From the IMG/VR virus record IMGVR_UViG_3300031760_000004, positions 92,294-156,293 of that record: DNA of 64,000 bases; one strand, given 5' to 3'. A program made the translations under genes and the position numbers. The stretch is from a virus (taxonomy: Duplodnaviria; Heunggongvirae; Uroviricota; Caudoviricetes). Shown here one piece after another: positions 54,801 through 62,763 of this stretch. The notes beneath the pieces are model-generated. The model did no database searches. It saw only the letters and a program-made list of their open reading frames with translations, and had not been told where the DNA came from. Positions within the stretch are counted from its first letter, which is position 1. Each line of letters starts with the position of its first letter.

Positions 54801-56226
54801 CGGCGGCGTAAACGTCACCGAGAAGGGCGCCATCACCAAGATCATGCCTCAGACCGACAAGGACGTCGACCAGCTTGCGCAGGGACGCGTCATTACGTCG
54901 GCCGACATGGTCGACTCAGATTTCGAACCCGTCAAGGGCGGCCTTTTCGACCTTGGCAAGACAGGCGGGATGGGCGGCAACCAGTGGTCCATGATACAGC
55001 TCCCGGAGCCGGTTCCGAACCCGATCATGGAGGAGCCTGTCAGGCGCCTTCTCGGCCTTACAACATCCAAGATGGAGGACATACTGGCTGGCCGCGAGAA
55101 GCTCGACGGGAAGACCGGAGGCCAGGCGCTCAAGGATGCGCTGTCCAAGGTGGACGTGGACAGGCGCATAGCCGAGTCGAAGCGCGGTATAACCACGCTG
55201 CGCGGCCAGAAGCGCGACGACGCCGTGAAGGTCTACAGGTACCTAACCGCCATGAAGGAGCAGGGCCTGAAGCCGCATGACTGGATGGTGTCCAAGGTGC
55301 CGGTGATCCCGCCGGCGTTCAGGCCTGTGTCGAAGATGGGCGATGTCGCGCTTGTCTCCGACATGAACGAGCTCTACAAGGACATACTCGAGAACGCCAA
55401 GAACTTCGAGGAGCTCAGGAAGGACGTGTCCGACGACGGCTTGGCCGACGAGCGCCTGAACATCTACAACTCGGTGAAGGCGGCGTACGGCCTTGGCGAG
55501 CCGATCACCCCGGAGAACGCCGCGAAGGGCGTGAAAGGGGCCATGCGGCAGGTGATAGGGTCGAGGCCCAAGTTCGGGATGTTCCAGAACAAGGTGCTGT
55601 CCAAGGCTGTTGGAGGTGTGTCGCGTGGCGTCATCTCGCCGGACCTCAACCTGGACATGGACCAGTGCGGGATCCCAGAGGTCATGGCGTGGCCGATGTA
55701 CAAGCCGTACGTCATGCGGGAGCTTGTCAGGAACGGCTACCCGTCTGTCACGGCCGTCAAGATGATAGCCGACAGGACGGACACGGCAAGGCACGTTCTC
55801 GAGAAGGTCATGTCTGAGAGGCCCGTCATACTCGATCGCGCCCCCACATGGCACAAGTACAACTTCATGGCGTTCAAGCCGTTCCTGACCGATGGCGACA
55901 CCATACGCGTGTCACCGCTGATCGTCAGCGGGTTCAACGCCGACTTCGACGGAGACCAGATGAACGCCCATGTCCCGTCGTCGCAGAAGGCGGTGCAGCA
56001 GGCGTACGAGAAGATGCTTCCGTCAAGCAACCTCACGTCGATGACGGACCTCAAGTCGCCGAGGCACACCCCGTCCAAGGAGCAGATCTTCGGCCTGTAC
56101 GCCCTCACGAAGGGCATGGACACGACAAAGCCCGTCAAGGTTTTCAACAGCGTCTCGGAGGCCAAGCAGGCCTACGCCAGGGGCGAGATCGGCCCTAACG
56201 ACCCGATCGAGATTCTCGGGAGGTAG
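51841..56226 (+). CDS. rpoBC: DNA-directed RNA polymerase, beta subunit fused to N-terminal half of beta'
   Basis: beta motifs GTIINNGSEY, NPLS..RISKFGLGG, SFEDAY, GDKLSPMAGIKG, HHLAEK; beta' motifs VPVIPPAFRP, DRAPTWH, NADFDGDQM. Confidence 0.95.
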   Translation: MAEEDKVPDFLREFDDAKSARRNIYDNTLEAMRKRFPIEDDNYRLELNDLHYDGPLEYSLAEQKKALLNNRNLRTNLVGTWRLVDKKTGNVVDERKDSVMQVPYWTDRGTIINNGSEYTVISQSRLRPGVYARRKSNGELEAQFNIKPGTGRAFHIGLQPETGVMTLQTGQGSMPLYQILRGLGVDNKDIVKYWGADVAAANAQKADAQAWNKLYRRMAGYKAVPNATEADKIQFVKDAVSKYEVDPEVVERTMGLRNVSTVTPELLLRASQKVLNVSRGDEKPDNRDNPRFSKFYGVEDYFKERVEKNAGRLANTLLYKARRNGSLKGIQRNALNPWVDTIINGSGLAMPGEEANPLSTLEQMSRISKFGLGGIGSKDAVTMEARDVQGDYLGFVDSIQGPESEAIGVDVRAAYKTFLGKDNKLYGEFIDNQTGKKEYVDIATASDRLVAFPGQDPNAKYVMAIKDGIPQRVPRDEVRYTVPSYAHMVASNTNMNPMPTGVQAGRQFYGSKFWSQYLPQAKGETPLVDTLMPDGKLTWREYYGRKVGTLSSDVDGVVTKVDDDKVVIKGNDGKTYTRELTKNVPFNRLSQISYFPAVEVGQSVKAGDMLAHSNYTDRKTGAINMGQNLHVAIIPNGGSFEDAYVISEAAAKRMATDRLYSFDHETRNGVTIGKNKFISAYPSKFTKEQVETLDDNGIVKPGTILHRGDPIVLSLGPKMLSSQDKALGKLSKALRNSYTDRSEVWEHDYEGKVVDTAVTSKGAKVNVSAQPPVRVGDKLSPMAGIKGVVGQIIPDDQMPRDAVTNQPYDMLMNTMGFLSRVAPNQIIEMNLAKVAKKTGKQIRIPQLPPPEGWYRWAQAQMKAAGVPETADVFDPVTGRTMKGIGDGYMYTMAFHHLAEKKASAVGADGSYTQDEQPSKGGFSGGKKTSGMDLWAMLAHNVPDVIKDSQAIRGTRNDQYWRALQLGLPTPEPEEPFIYKKFLNTLRAGGVNVTEKGAITKIMPQTDKDVDQLAQGRVITSADMVDSDFEPVKGGLFDLGKTGGMGGNQWSMIQLPEPVPNPIMEEPVRRLLGLTTSKMEDILAGREKLDGKTGGQALKDALSKVDVDRRIAESKRGITTLRGQKRDDAVKVYRYLTAMKEQGLKPHDWMVSKVPVIPPAFRPVSKMGDVALVSDMNELYKDILENAKNFEELRKDVSDDGLADERLNIYNSVKAAYGLGEPITPENAAKGVKGAMRQVIGSRPKFGMFQNKVLSKAVGGVSRGVISPDLNLDMDQCGIPEVMAWPMYKPYVMRELVRNGYPSVTAVKMIADRTDTARHVLEKVMSERPVILDRAPTWHKYNFMAFKPFLTDGDTIRVSPLIVSGFNADFDGDQMNAHVPSSQKAVQQAYEKMLPSSNLTSMTDLKSPRHTPSKEQIFGLYALTKGMDTTKPVKVFNSVSEAKQAYARGEIGPNDPIEILGR

Positions 56227-56228
56227 CC

Positions 56229-57533
56229 ATGAGAAACTTTAGTTATGTTGGTCTTCTGAAGCTGGCAGGCCCGTCGTGGAAGGACAAGGCAAGCGCCAGT
56301 GTTCCTGGAGCTAAGAAGGTAGTCGCGCAGCAAAAACACGATTCCGAATACAGGCGTGCAAACCCTTCTGCCATGGGATCTCTCGCCCAACAAAAGGCAT
56401 GGATTCGGCAACAAGGCCAGAAAGCTCTTTCAAGGCAGACTCCGGAGGTGCAGGCAAAATTCTGGGATGACGCTCGTAAATATCAGGCCAATGCCGCGAG
56501 ATTCAGAGCGGCGGCAGGGGCTTTCATGCCTGGTCTTGGACTTATTGGTGCCTCTGGAATGATGGGAACTGGAGATACAATTGCCTCAAGAATTGAGGGT
56601 AAAGACTGGCTTGACAGCACCAAGGACGGTGCAAGGTCTGCATTGATGACGTACGCGGGAGGGAAAGCAGCAGATACCGGCTTAAGACATGCAGTTGGGT
56701 TAGCAAAGCGTTTTATACCTCGTTTTCGTAAGTTTGCGCTTAGACTTAATGCCAGAGACCCGTATCACAATAGCTTAAAGACAAAGGTAACAAACTATGA
56801 CATTCCAGTTAGAGAACCGGCGGCCCAAGGTGACATGTATCTGTCACATGCCGCTGCTCAGGGTCGGCTTCCTCAGGCTCAAACGTCAGCGCATGCCAAG
56901 TTTAACACCGCACAGCAGTATATAAGCGGCGAGGATTCAGTTATGCCCTCGCTTGGGCTTACGTCAGGTAAAAGGGTCACGCATTATGGCAGCGGGTACG
57001 CAAATGGGCATGGTTCGTTTTCTGACAACAGCATACCTGTAAGATATTATTATGACAGTTCTGTACTGAAAAAACCCAGAACGGTCATATTCCATACGAA
57101 TGATGCGTGGACGCCAACGTATGAGGGAGTACGCAGAGAGTATGGGAACTTAGCTGACTCAGCAGTACGTGAACGAATGTATTCCGATCTTTTCTCCAGA
57201 TCTAAACAACTATCCCCGAATATATCTGCCAAGGACGCTGTAAGACTGAATAAGGCCGGCATACTTGAGGGAGATGCTGGAAGAGTGTTCGAAGTTAAAC
57301 CGTACAGCGATCTCGGCTTAAGAGACATACGTGCTGCGTCTATAGGGACAAACGGCAATCTATCTGAGGCTGGTGTCGCAAGGATGGAGGAGCTGCTAGG
57401 GGACGCTGGAATACCATATTACTTCACAAGAGAGCCAGGGAACTTTAGAATCCCCGGGATGAAGTACCCAGAGTTTGTTTTGAGCCCTGAAGAGATGGTG
57501 CAACATTTTGCTCCTAACATAACCGGCTTATAG
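56229..57533 (+). CDS. hypothetical protein with MRNFSYVGLLKLA leader; lower GC
   Basis: leader similar to 59795; Gly-rich hydrophobic segment; visibly more AT-rich DNA than neighbours. Confidence 0.7.
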   Translation: MRNFSYVGLLKLAGPSWKDKASASVPGAKKVVAQQKHDSEYRRANPSAMGSLAQQKAWIRQQGQKALSRQTPEVQAKFWDDARKYQANAARFRAAAGAFMPGLGLIGASGMMGTGDTIASRIEGKDWLDSTKDGARSALMTYAGGKAADTGLRHAVGLAKRFIPRFRKFALRLNARDPYHNSLKTKVTNYDIPVREPAAQGDMYLSHAAAQGRLPQAQTSAHAKFNTAQQYISGEDSVMPSLGLTSGKRVTHYGSGYANGHGSFSDNSIPVRYYYDSSVLKKPRTVIFHTNDAWTPTYEGVRREYGNLADSAVRERMYSDLFSRSKQLSPNISAKDAVRLNKAGILEGDAGRVFEVKPYSDLGLRDIRAASIGTNGNLSEAGVARMEELLGDAGIPYYFTREPGNFRIPGMKYPEFVLSPEEMVQHFAPNITGL

Positions 57534-57562
57534 CAAAAGAGGTTGTTGAGCAAGGACTAGTC

Positions 57563-57910
57563 ATGAGAGACACATCAAAGGACAGGAAGTTCTTCGTCAA
57601 GATGGACATGCACCGTGAGGTTGTCATATCCGTCATGGCTCCCGACGAGGATTGTGCAATGGATATGGCCGCATCTGTCGTTGACGAGGCCGTAAGGAAT
57701 GTATGCACTTTTTGCAAGAGCGCCAGCTTCCAGGATTCGGCAACTCTGGGTGAGGAGCAGCCGTTCATAGAGTTGTTCAAGGCCCGCAGCTTCAGATATC
57801 CGCAGCTCGCGAAGCAGGAGGTAGCCAATCCCGATGAGTTCAAGTCCGGACATACGCAAGAGGAGTGGGACATACTGGAGGAGGCCGCCAAGCTTCCGTC
57901 AAACTACTAG
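57563..57910 (+). CDS. hypothetical protein (DpnD/PcfM-like N-terminus)
   Basis: KFFVKMDMHREVVISVMAPDEDCA. Confidence 0.6.
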   Translation: MRDTSKDRKFFVKMDMHREVVISVMAPDEDCAMDMAASVVDEAVRNVCTFCKSASFQDSATLGEEQPFIELFKARSFRYPQLAKQEVANPDEFKSGHTQEEWDILEEAAKLPSNY

Positions 57911-57919
57911 GGTGAACAG

Positions 57920-59782
57920 ATGCCGACGACCATTGGACAGATACTTGTGAACGAGGCGCTCCCGGAGAAGTTCCGGGACTATAATCGCGTTCTCGGGGCC
58001 GACGGGATGGAGGACCTTCTGAAGCGCATCATCCAGGAGGATCCAGACTCGTACCGCGACGTGTCGTACAAGCTGATGCGCATAGGCGCCAAGGCCGCAT
58101 ACGACACCGGCACGACGCTGAAGCTGTCTGATCTTGAGCCGGCCCTTGACAACACCGAGCTGTACCGCAGGCTTGACGCCGCCGAGGACGCCATACGCGG
58201 AGACAGGTCCCTGTCAGACGACCAGAAGCGCGAAAAGCTGTCCGAGCTCTATGACAAGGTGTACTCCGACATCAAGGAGCGCGCCTACGCGTCCGCGGAC
58301 GCCAGGGGCAACGGGTTCGCCATGCAGGTCAAGTCGAAGGCCCGCGGAAACAAGGACCAGCTTTCAGCCATGCTGTCCACGCCCGGCGTGTACAAGGACC
58401 CTAGCGGGCGCACTATACCGATGTTCATCAGGCACAGCTACGCCGACGGTCTTTCCCCCGCCGAGTACTGGGCCGGCTCGTACGGCGCCAGAACCGGTGT
58501 TGTCTCGACCAAGTTCGCCACCGCCAATGCAGGGGCCCTTGGAAAGCTGTTCTCGTCCGCCTCCGTGGAGCAGGTCGTTACAGAGGATGACTGCGGCACG
58601 GTTTCGGGAATGCCCGTGAAGACTGACGACAAGGACAACATCGGGTCTGTGCTGGCGGCCGACGCCGGCGGGTACAAGGCCGGGACCGTGATAAGCAAGG
58701 CCGTCATGGCCGACCTCCAGAAGCAGAAGATCGAGGACATCCTCGTCAGGTCGCCTGTGACGTGCAACGCCAAGAACGGCGTGTGCGCCCACTGCGCCGG
58801 CATCAGGGAGAACGGAAAGTTCCCCGAGATAGGGTACAACCTCGGACTTAATTCGGCCTCTGCGCTTGCCGAGAGAGTCGCCCAGGGAAGTCTGAACACA
58901 AAGCATTCGGGAAAGAAACTCGAGGGGTCCAGCCAGTACTCCGGCTTCGATATGCTGAAGTCAATGGTGACCGTCCCGAAGATCTACAAGGACCGTGCGA
59001 CCGTTTCGGAGGTCGACGGACGGGTGGAGAAGATCGAGAAGGCGCCCCAGGGCGGTTCGTATGTCTGGGTGAACGACAGCAAGTTCTACGTTCCGTCCGG
59101 ATACGACGTTCTTGTCAAGGAAGGCGACGAGGTCGAGGCGGGCGACCAGCTGTCCGACGGCGTGGTCAACCCGGCGGACGCCGTGAAGTACAAGGGGATA
59201 GGCGAGGGCCGGCGCTACTTCACGCAGCGCTTCACTCAGGCTTACCGTGACTCAGGCTACAAGGGAAACCGCCGAAACGTGGAGGCTCTTGCCAGGTCAA
59301 TCATCAACAACGTCGTGGTGGACACCGAGGACTCCGAGGGACAGATGCTCCCCGGCGACGAGGTGTCGTACTCCAGGTGGGCGTGGGGCTTCAAGCCCAG
59401 GCAGGGTTCCGTCCAGGCGTCGCCACGGCAGGCCGTCGGCAAGTATCTTGAGCAGCCGGCGCTGCACTACACCATAGGGACAAGGGTGACCAAGAAGGTT
59501 GCGGACGAGCTTGAAAAGTTCAAGGTTCCCAGTGTACTATATAACGAGGCTCCCCCGGGGGTTCACCCGGAGATGAAGTCGATTGTCGAGACGACCGGCC
59601 AGACTGACGACTGGATGGGGCGTCTCGGAACCACGTACATCGGAAAGCGCCTGGTCGAGGACGTCCAGCGCGGCGCCGAGAGTAACTCACAGGGGCTGAA
59701 CCCATACCCGGCGGTGGCCAAGGGGACCACGCTGGGGCAATGGGGGACGCCAGGGCACAGGAACGAGGAGTTCCACTACTAG
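57920..59782 (+). CDS. rpoC: DNA-directed RNA polymerase, C-terminal part of beta'
   Basis: KARGN, YADGLSPAEYW..YGARTG (bridge helix), VTEDDCGT, RSPVTC..GVCAHCAG (Zn), ALAERVAQGSLNTKHSG (trigger loop). Confidence 0.93.
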   Translation: MPTTIGQILVNEALPEKFRDYNRVLGADGMEDLLKRIIQEDPDSYRDVSYKLMRIGAKAAYDTGTTLKLSDLEPALDNTELYRRLDAAEDAIRGDRSLSDDQKREKLSELYDKVYSDIKERAYASADARGNGFAMQVKSKARGNKDQLSAMLSTPGVYKDPSGRTIPMFIRHSYADGLSPAEYWAGSYGARTGVVSTKFATANAGALGKLFSSASVEQVVTEDDCGTVSGMPVKTDDKDNIGSVLAADAGGYKAGTVISKAVMADLQKQKIEDILVRSPVTCNAKNGVCAHCAGIRENGKFPEIGYNLGLNSASALAERVAQGSLNTKHSGKKLEGSSQYSGFDMLKSMVTVPKIYKDRATVSEVDGRVEKIEKAPQGGSYVWVNDSKFYVPSGYDVLVKEGDEVEAGDQLSDGVVNPADAVKYKGIGEGRRYFTQRFTQAYRDSGYKGNRRNVEALARSIINNVVVDTEDSEGQMLPGDEVSYSRWAWGFKPRQGSVQASPRQAVGKYLEQPALHYTIGTRVTKKVADELEKFKVPSVLYNEAPPGVHPEMKSIVETTGQTDDWMGRLGTTYIGKRLVEDVQRGAESNSQGLNPYPAVAKGTTLGQWGTPGHRNEEFHY

Positions 59783-59794
59783 GAGGAATACAAA

Positions 59795-60484
59795 ATGAGG
59801 AAGTTTAGTTCTGTTGGACTCATGAAGATGGCTGGCGTCGGAGACCCTGCAAAAGAAATCGTATCCACTAACGGCGGTTCATCTGGGTACGATACAAGAC
59901 TTTTAGGAGGACTTGGCGGAGCGGCGATTGGTGGAATAGCTGGCGCTCTAATAGACCGCAAGAAGCGCTGGCGTGGTGCTCTTATAGGTGCTCTTGGAGG
60001 AGGAGCAGCCGGATTCGGCCTCGGCGCCCAGCACCGCTACCTCCAGAACAAGTCGCAGCTTGACGCCCAGTCCAGGGAGCGGGCGCGTCTTGCTGCGGCT
60101 AAGGCCGCACGCATCGCCAGAAGGGATGCCATATCCGCACGCCTTGCCGAACATGGCATTACGGACGTAACCCCGTATGGAGACACTGACACCGACATAG
60201 CCGACTACGCAGACAGAGCAGATAACGCAATAGCGAGTCGAGACAACATGTTGATGAATCTTACTGTGGAGGATATCGATTTGCTGTCATCTAACGGCAG
60301 ACGCGTGCTGTTTAGAGCGTATCCTAGCATTGAATCAGCATATTCAAGAGCAGATAAAATCACGCGTGATGCGATTGGACGGGCGAACGCTATCAACCAG
60401 AATACTGACCCGGATAAATATCGGAGCGCCTATGACGAGTTTGTCAAGTTAAATACGTCCCCGCTATCCAGCTTTGTACAGTAG
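59795..60484 (+). CDS. putative virion protein with MRKFSSVGLMKMA leader and glycine zipper
   Basis: GGLGGAAIGGIAGAL...GALIGALGGGAAGFGLGA. Confidence 0.7.
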   Translation: MRKFSSVGLMKMAGVGDPAKEIVSTNGGSSGYDTRLLGGLGGAAIGGIAGALIDRKKRWRGALIGALGGGAAGFGLGAQHRYLQNKSQLDAQSRERARLAAAKAARIARRDAISARLAEHGITDVTPYGDTDTDIADYADRADNAIASRDNMLMNLTVEDIDLLSSNGRRVLFRAYPSIESAYSRADKITRDAIGRANAINQNTDPDKYRSAYDEFVKLNTSPLSSFVQ

Positions 60485-60494
60485 GAGACAGCCT

Positions 60495-61202
60495 ATGAGA
60501 GACTTTAGAGGACTTTTGAAGATGGCCGGAGTCGGCAAGGTCGCGTTCGCCGGAACAGGCGTCAGCCCGCTCTACGGCAACATGCGGATGATGCAGGCGC
60601 CCGAGCTGGCCACGGACGACTACGGCAAGTCGGGACGCATAGAGCTTTCGTTCCCAAACGGTCTGATAATCGACCCTGACAGGCCGTTCACGTCGGTTCA
60701 CTCGTTCATGAGCGGCGTGAAGCACTCCGGGCTGCAGGACCGCATAACGCCCGAGCTCATCGCAAAGCACACGCACATACCGGTGGAGAAGGTGAACGAG
60801 GTCATGGGCCGGATGCCGTACGACAAGCTGGACACGTTCACCGCGGAGCAGCTCGCCAGGCTGGACGCGCCGGCGGCCGAGGCTTTGCAGGCCGCCGTAA
60901 ATGAGCATGTGCAAAGCAGGCAGGCGGAAACGCCGGCGGCCGGCTCCGAAGGCTCACAGCCCCGGCAGCAGGCCAGTCAGCAGGCAAAGGCTGACAGGCA
61001 GTCGGCTGTCGCCCGTCTTGCGGCCGCGTTGAAGAAGGAGCAGCTCAGGTCGTTCGCCAGCAGGCACAAGGTGCCGCTGATGGCCGGCGGGGCCGCGCTT
61101 CTCGGAGGCGGTCTCATGGCCCTTTACATGGCCCTCCGCGCCAGAAACAGGCGTCGCAGGGCCGCCGCCGGCAAGGAAACCGTTGTGCCCGCGACCGTGT
61201 AG
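60495..61202 (+). CDS. putative virion protein with MRDFRGLLKMA leader and C-terminal TM helix
   Basis: leader shared with 50154; LMAGGAALLGGGLMALYMAL followed by RARNRRRR. Confidence 0.7.
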   Translation: MRDFRGLLKMAGVGKVAFAGTGVSPLYGNMRMMQAPELATDDYGKSGRIELSFPNGLIIDPDRPFTSVHSFMSGVKHSGLQDRITPELIAKHTHIPVEKVNEVMGRMPYDKLDTFTAEQLARLDAPAAEALQAAVNEHVQSRQAETPAAGSEGSQPRQQASQQAKADRQSAVARLAAALKKEQLRSFASRHKVPLMAGGAALLGGGLMALYMALRARNRRRRAAAGKETVVPATV

Positions 61203-61211
61203 TGGTATACT
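61203..61211 (+). promoter_or_regulatory. extended -10 promoter, leaderless transcript
   Basis: TGG-TATACT with ATG 7 nt downstream. Confidence 0.6.
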
Positions 61212-61217
61212 TTTAAC

Positions 61218-62747
61218 ATGGCGAAGCGGGATTTTGAAATGCTTGAGCGGAAAGTGGACGCGTTCATGGACGGACGCGTCCGCTCCGGCATGTCCAAGAG
61301 CGCCGCCGTGTCGTTCCTTCCCTGGAACTGGTGGAGGGACGCGGAAAAAGACCCAAACGCCGGTTATGGCGCTAACTGGGGCGACTTCTGGGGGCCTCTG
61401 GGCAGCAACCTCAGGCTTCGCAACACGGCATCCCGGGCCGGCCAGATACTTTCGCATGGCGGTACCGACCTTGTGTCGGGCGTGGCCGACCTGGTGGGAG
61501 CCCATGAAACGGCCGACAGCGTGCGCGGCTGGCAGAACCAGATGGACGCCACCTACGACTCCATGATGGATCCGGAGATGCGGGCGGCGTACCAGGAGGA
61601 CGAGTTCGGACGCGCCGCCGGCGAACTTGGAAGCTGGGCTGTCGGCGCCGCGCTCACGGCCGGCCTCGGGTCCAAGATCCGCATAGGCGGAGCCCTTGGA
61701 AATGTGCTTTCAAAGGCCCCGAGGGCGTTCAAGGCCACAAGGGGTGTCGGGTGGCTGCTGACCCACATGAGCCCGCTTCAGGCGAAGATACTTCTGGCCA
61801 CGACCGGGGCCGCGGCAAGTGCGCGTGGAAGGTCTCCGGATTCAGACTCGCCCAGGTATTCCGGCGATGCAAACAAGGTCATGCGCCTCAAGGACGCCCT
61901 CAACATCCTCAGGATGAAGGGCGGTGCGTCGTTCGGGTCCGAGCGCGACATGTCCAGGCTCGCCGAAACAATCGTCAATCACCTTTCGACCTACAATCCC
62001 AAGGGGGATAGCCAGTCTGTAAGGCCGATGACAATTGGCGGCGAGCGGATATACGGCAGCGACGGCCGTGGAAAGCTGACCGACGAGCCGCTGTTTGTGA
62101 ACAGCGAGAACGAGCAGAGGCTGTACGAGGAGCTTCTTCCGGTATTCCGCAAGTACCATGAGTCGAAGGCCACGTCCGGGTTCGATTCAAGCTGGTTGGG
62201 CAAGATTCTCGGAATGCAGCAGGCCAAGTTCTCCAAGGTCCCCGGCCTTCTCAGGAACGACGACGGCAGCTACACGCTAGTTCCCAGGCCGGAGGTCATG
62301 CTGTACAAGGGCCAGTACACGTGGCCCAGGCAGAGCATCTACGAGGCCATAGGATCCAGGCTGGACAAGAAGCATGGGACTACGGACAGCGGCGTGTACA
62401 CAGGCATAGGCGGTGCAGTAGGCTTTATACCAAGATACGTATCATACAGGGTGGCCCCGGTGCTGTCGGTTCTGCATGATCTGAAGGAGGGGCTGAAACA
62501 CGGTCGAGGAGGCGATGTTGGCGCCGCGGCCGGGTATGCCGCCGGAGCGCTCATCCCCAACATAGCGCGATGGAAGCTTGGACCGCTTCTGGCATTGTAC
62601 GGAGGCGCCTACGCCGGCGGGAAGATTCATCCTGGACTGGCCCCCATCCTGTCGGACAACGCTCTCAGACTTGTGTCTGAGGTGGAGTCTAGGTCTGTCG
62701 GAGGCGCGACTCCCGGGTTTTTCGCCGGGACACGCGCAAAGAAGTAG
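61218..62747 (+). CDS. putative virion protein with Gly-rich hydrophobic segments
   Basis: MSKSA near the N-terminus; several GxxxG helices. Confidence 0.7.
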   Translation: MAKRDFEMLERKVDAFMDGRVRSGMSKSAAVSFLPWNWWRDAEKDPNAGYGANWGDFWGPLGSNLRLRNTASRAGQILSHGGTDLVSGVADLVGAHETADSVRGWQNQMDATYDSMMDPEMRAAYQEDEFGRAAGELGSWAVGAALTAGLGSKIRIGGALGNVLSKAPRAFKATRGVGWLLTHMSPLQAKILLATTGAAASARGRSPDSDSPRYSGDANKVMRLKDALNILRMKGGASFGSERDMSRLAETIVNHLSTYNPKGDSQSVRPMTIGGERIYGSDGRGKLTDEPLFVNSENEQRLYEELLPVFRKYHESKATSGFDSSWLGKILGMQQAKFSKVPGLLRNDDGSYTLVPRPEVMLYKGQYTWPRQSIYEAIGSRLDKKHGTTDSGVYTGIGGAVGFIPRYVSYRVAPVLSVLHDLKEGLKHGRGGDVGAAAGYAAGALIPNIARWKLGPLLALYGGAYAGGKIHPGLAPILSDNALRLVSEVESRSVGGATPGFFAGTRAKK

Positions 62748-62763
62748 GTTTTCGGAGGTAAGA

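Noticed and set aside
56900-57533. Firm ADP-ribosyltransferase call
   Set aside because: Candidate H, YFT and E motifs are too widely spaced to support a call without a profile search
51841-59782. Bacterial chromosomal rpoBC locus
   Set aside because: No rplKAJL, rpsL or tuf neighbours, heavy divergence and deletions, and the surroundings are phage-like
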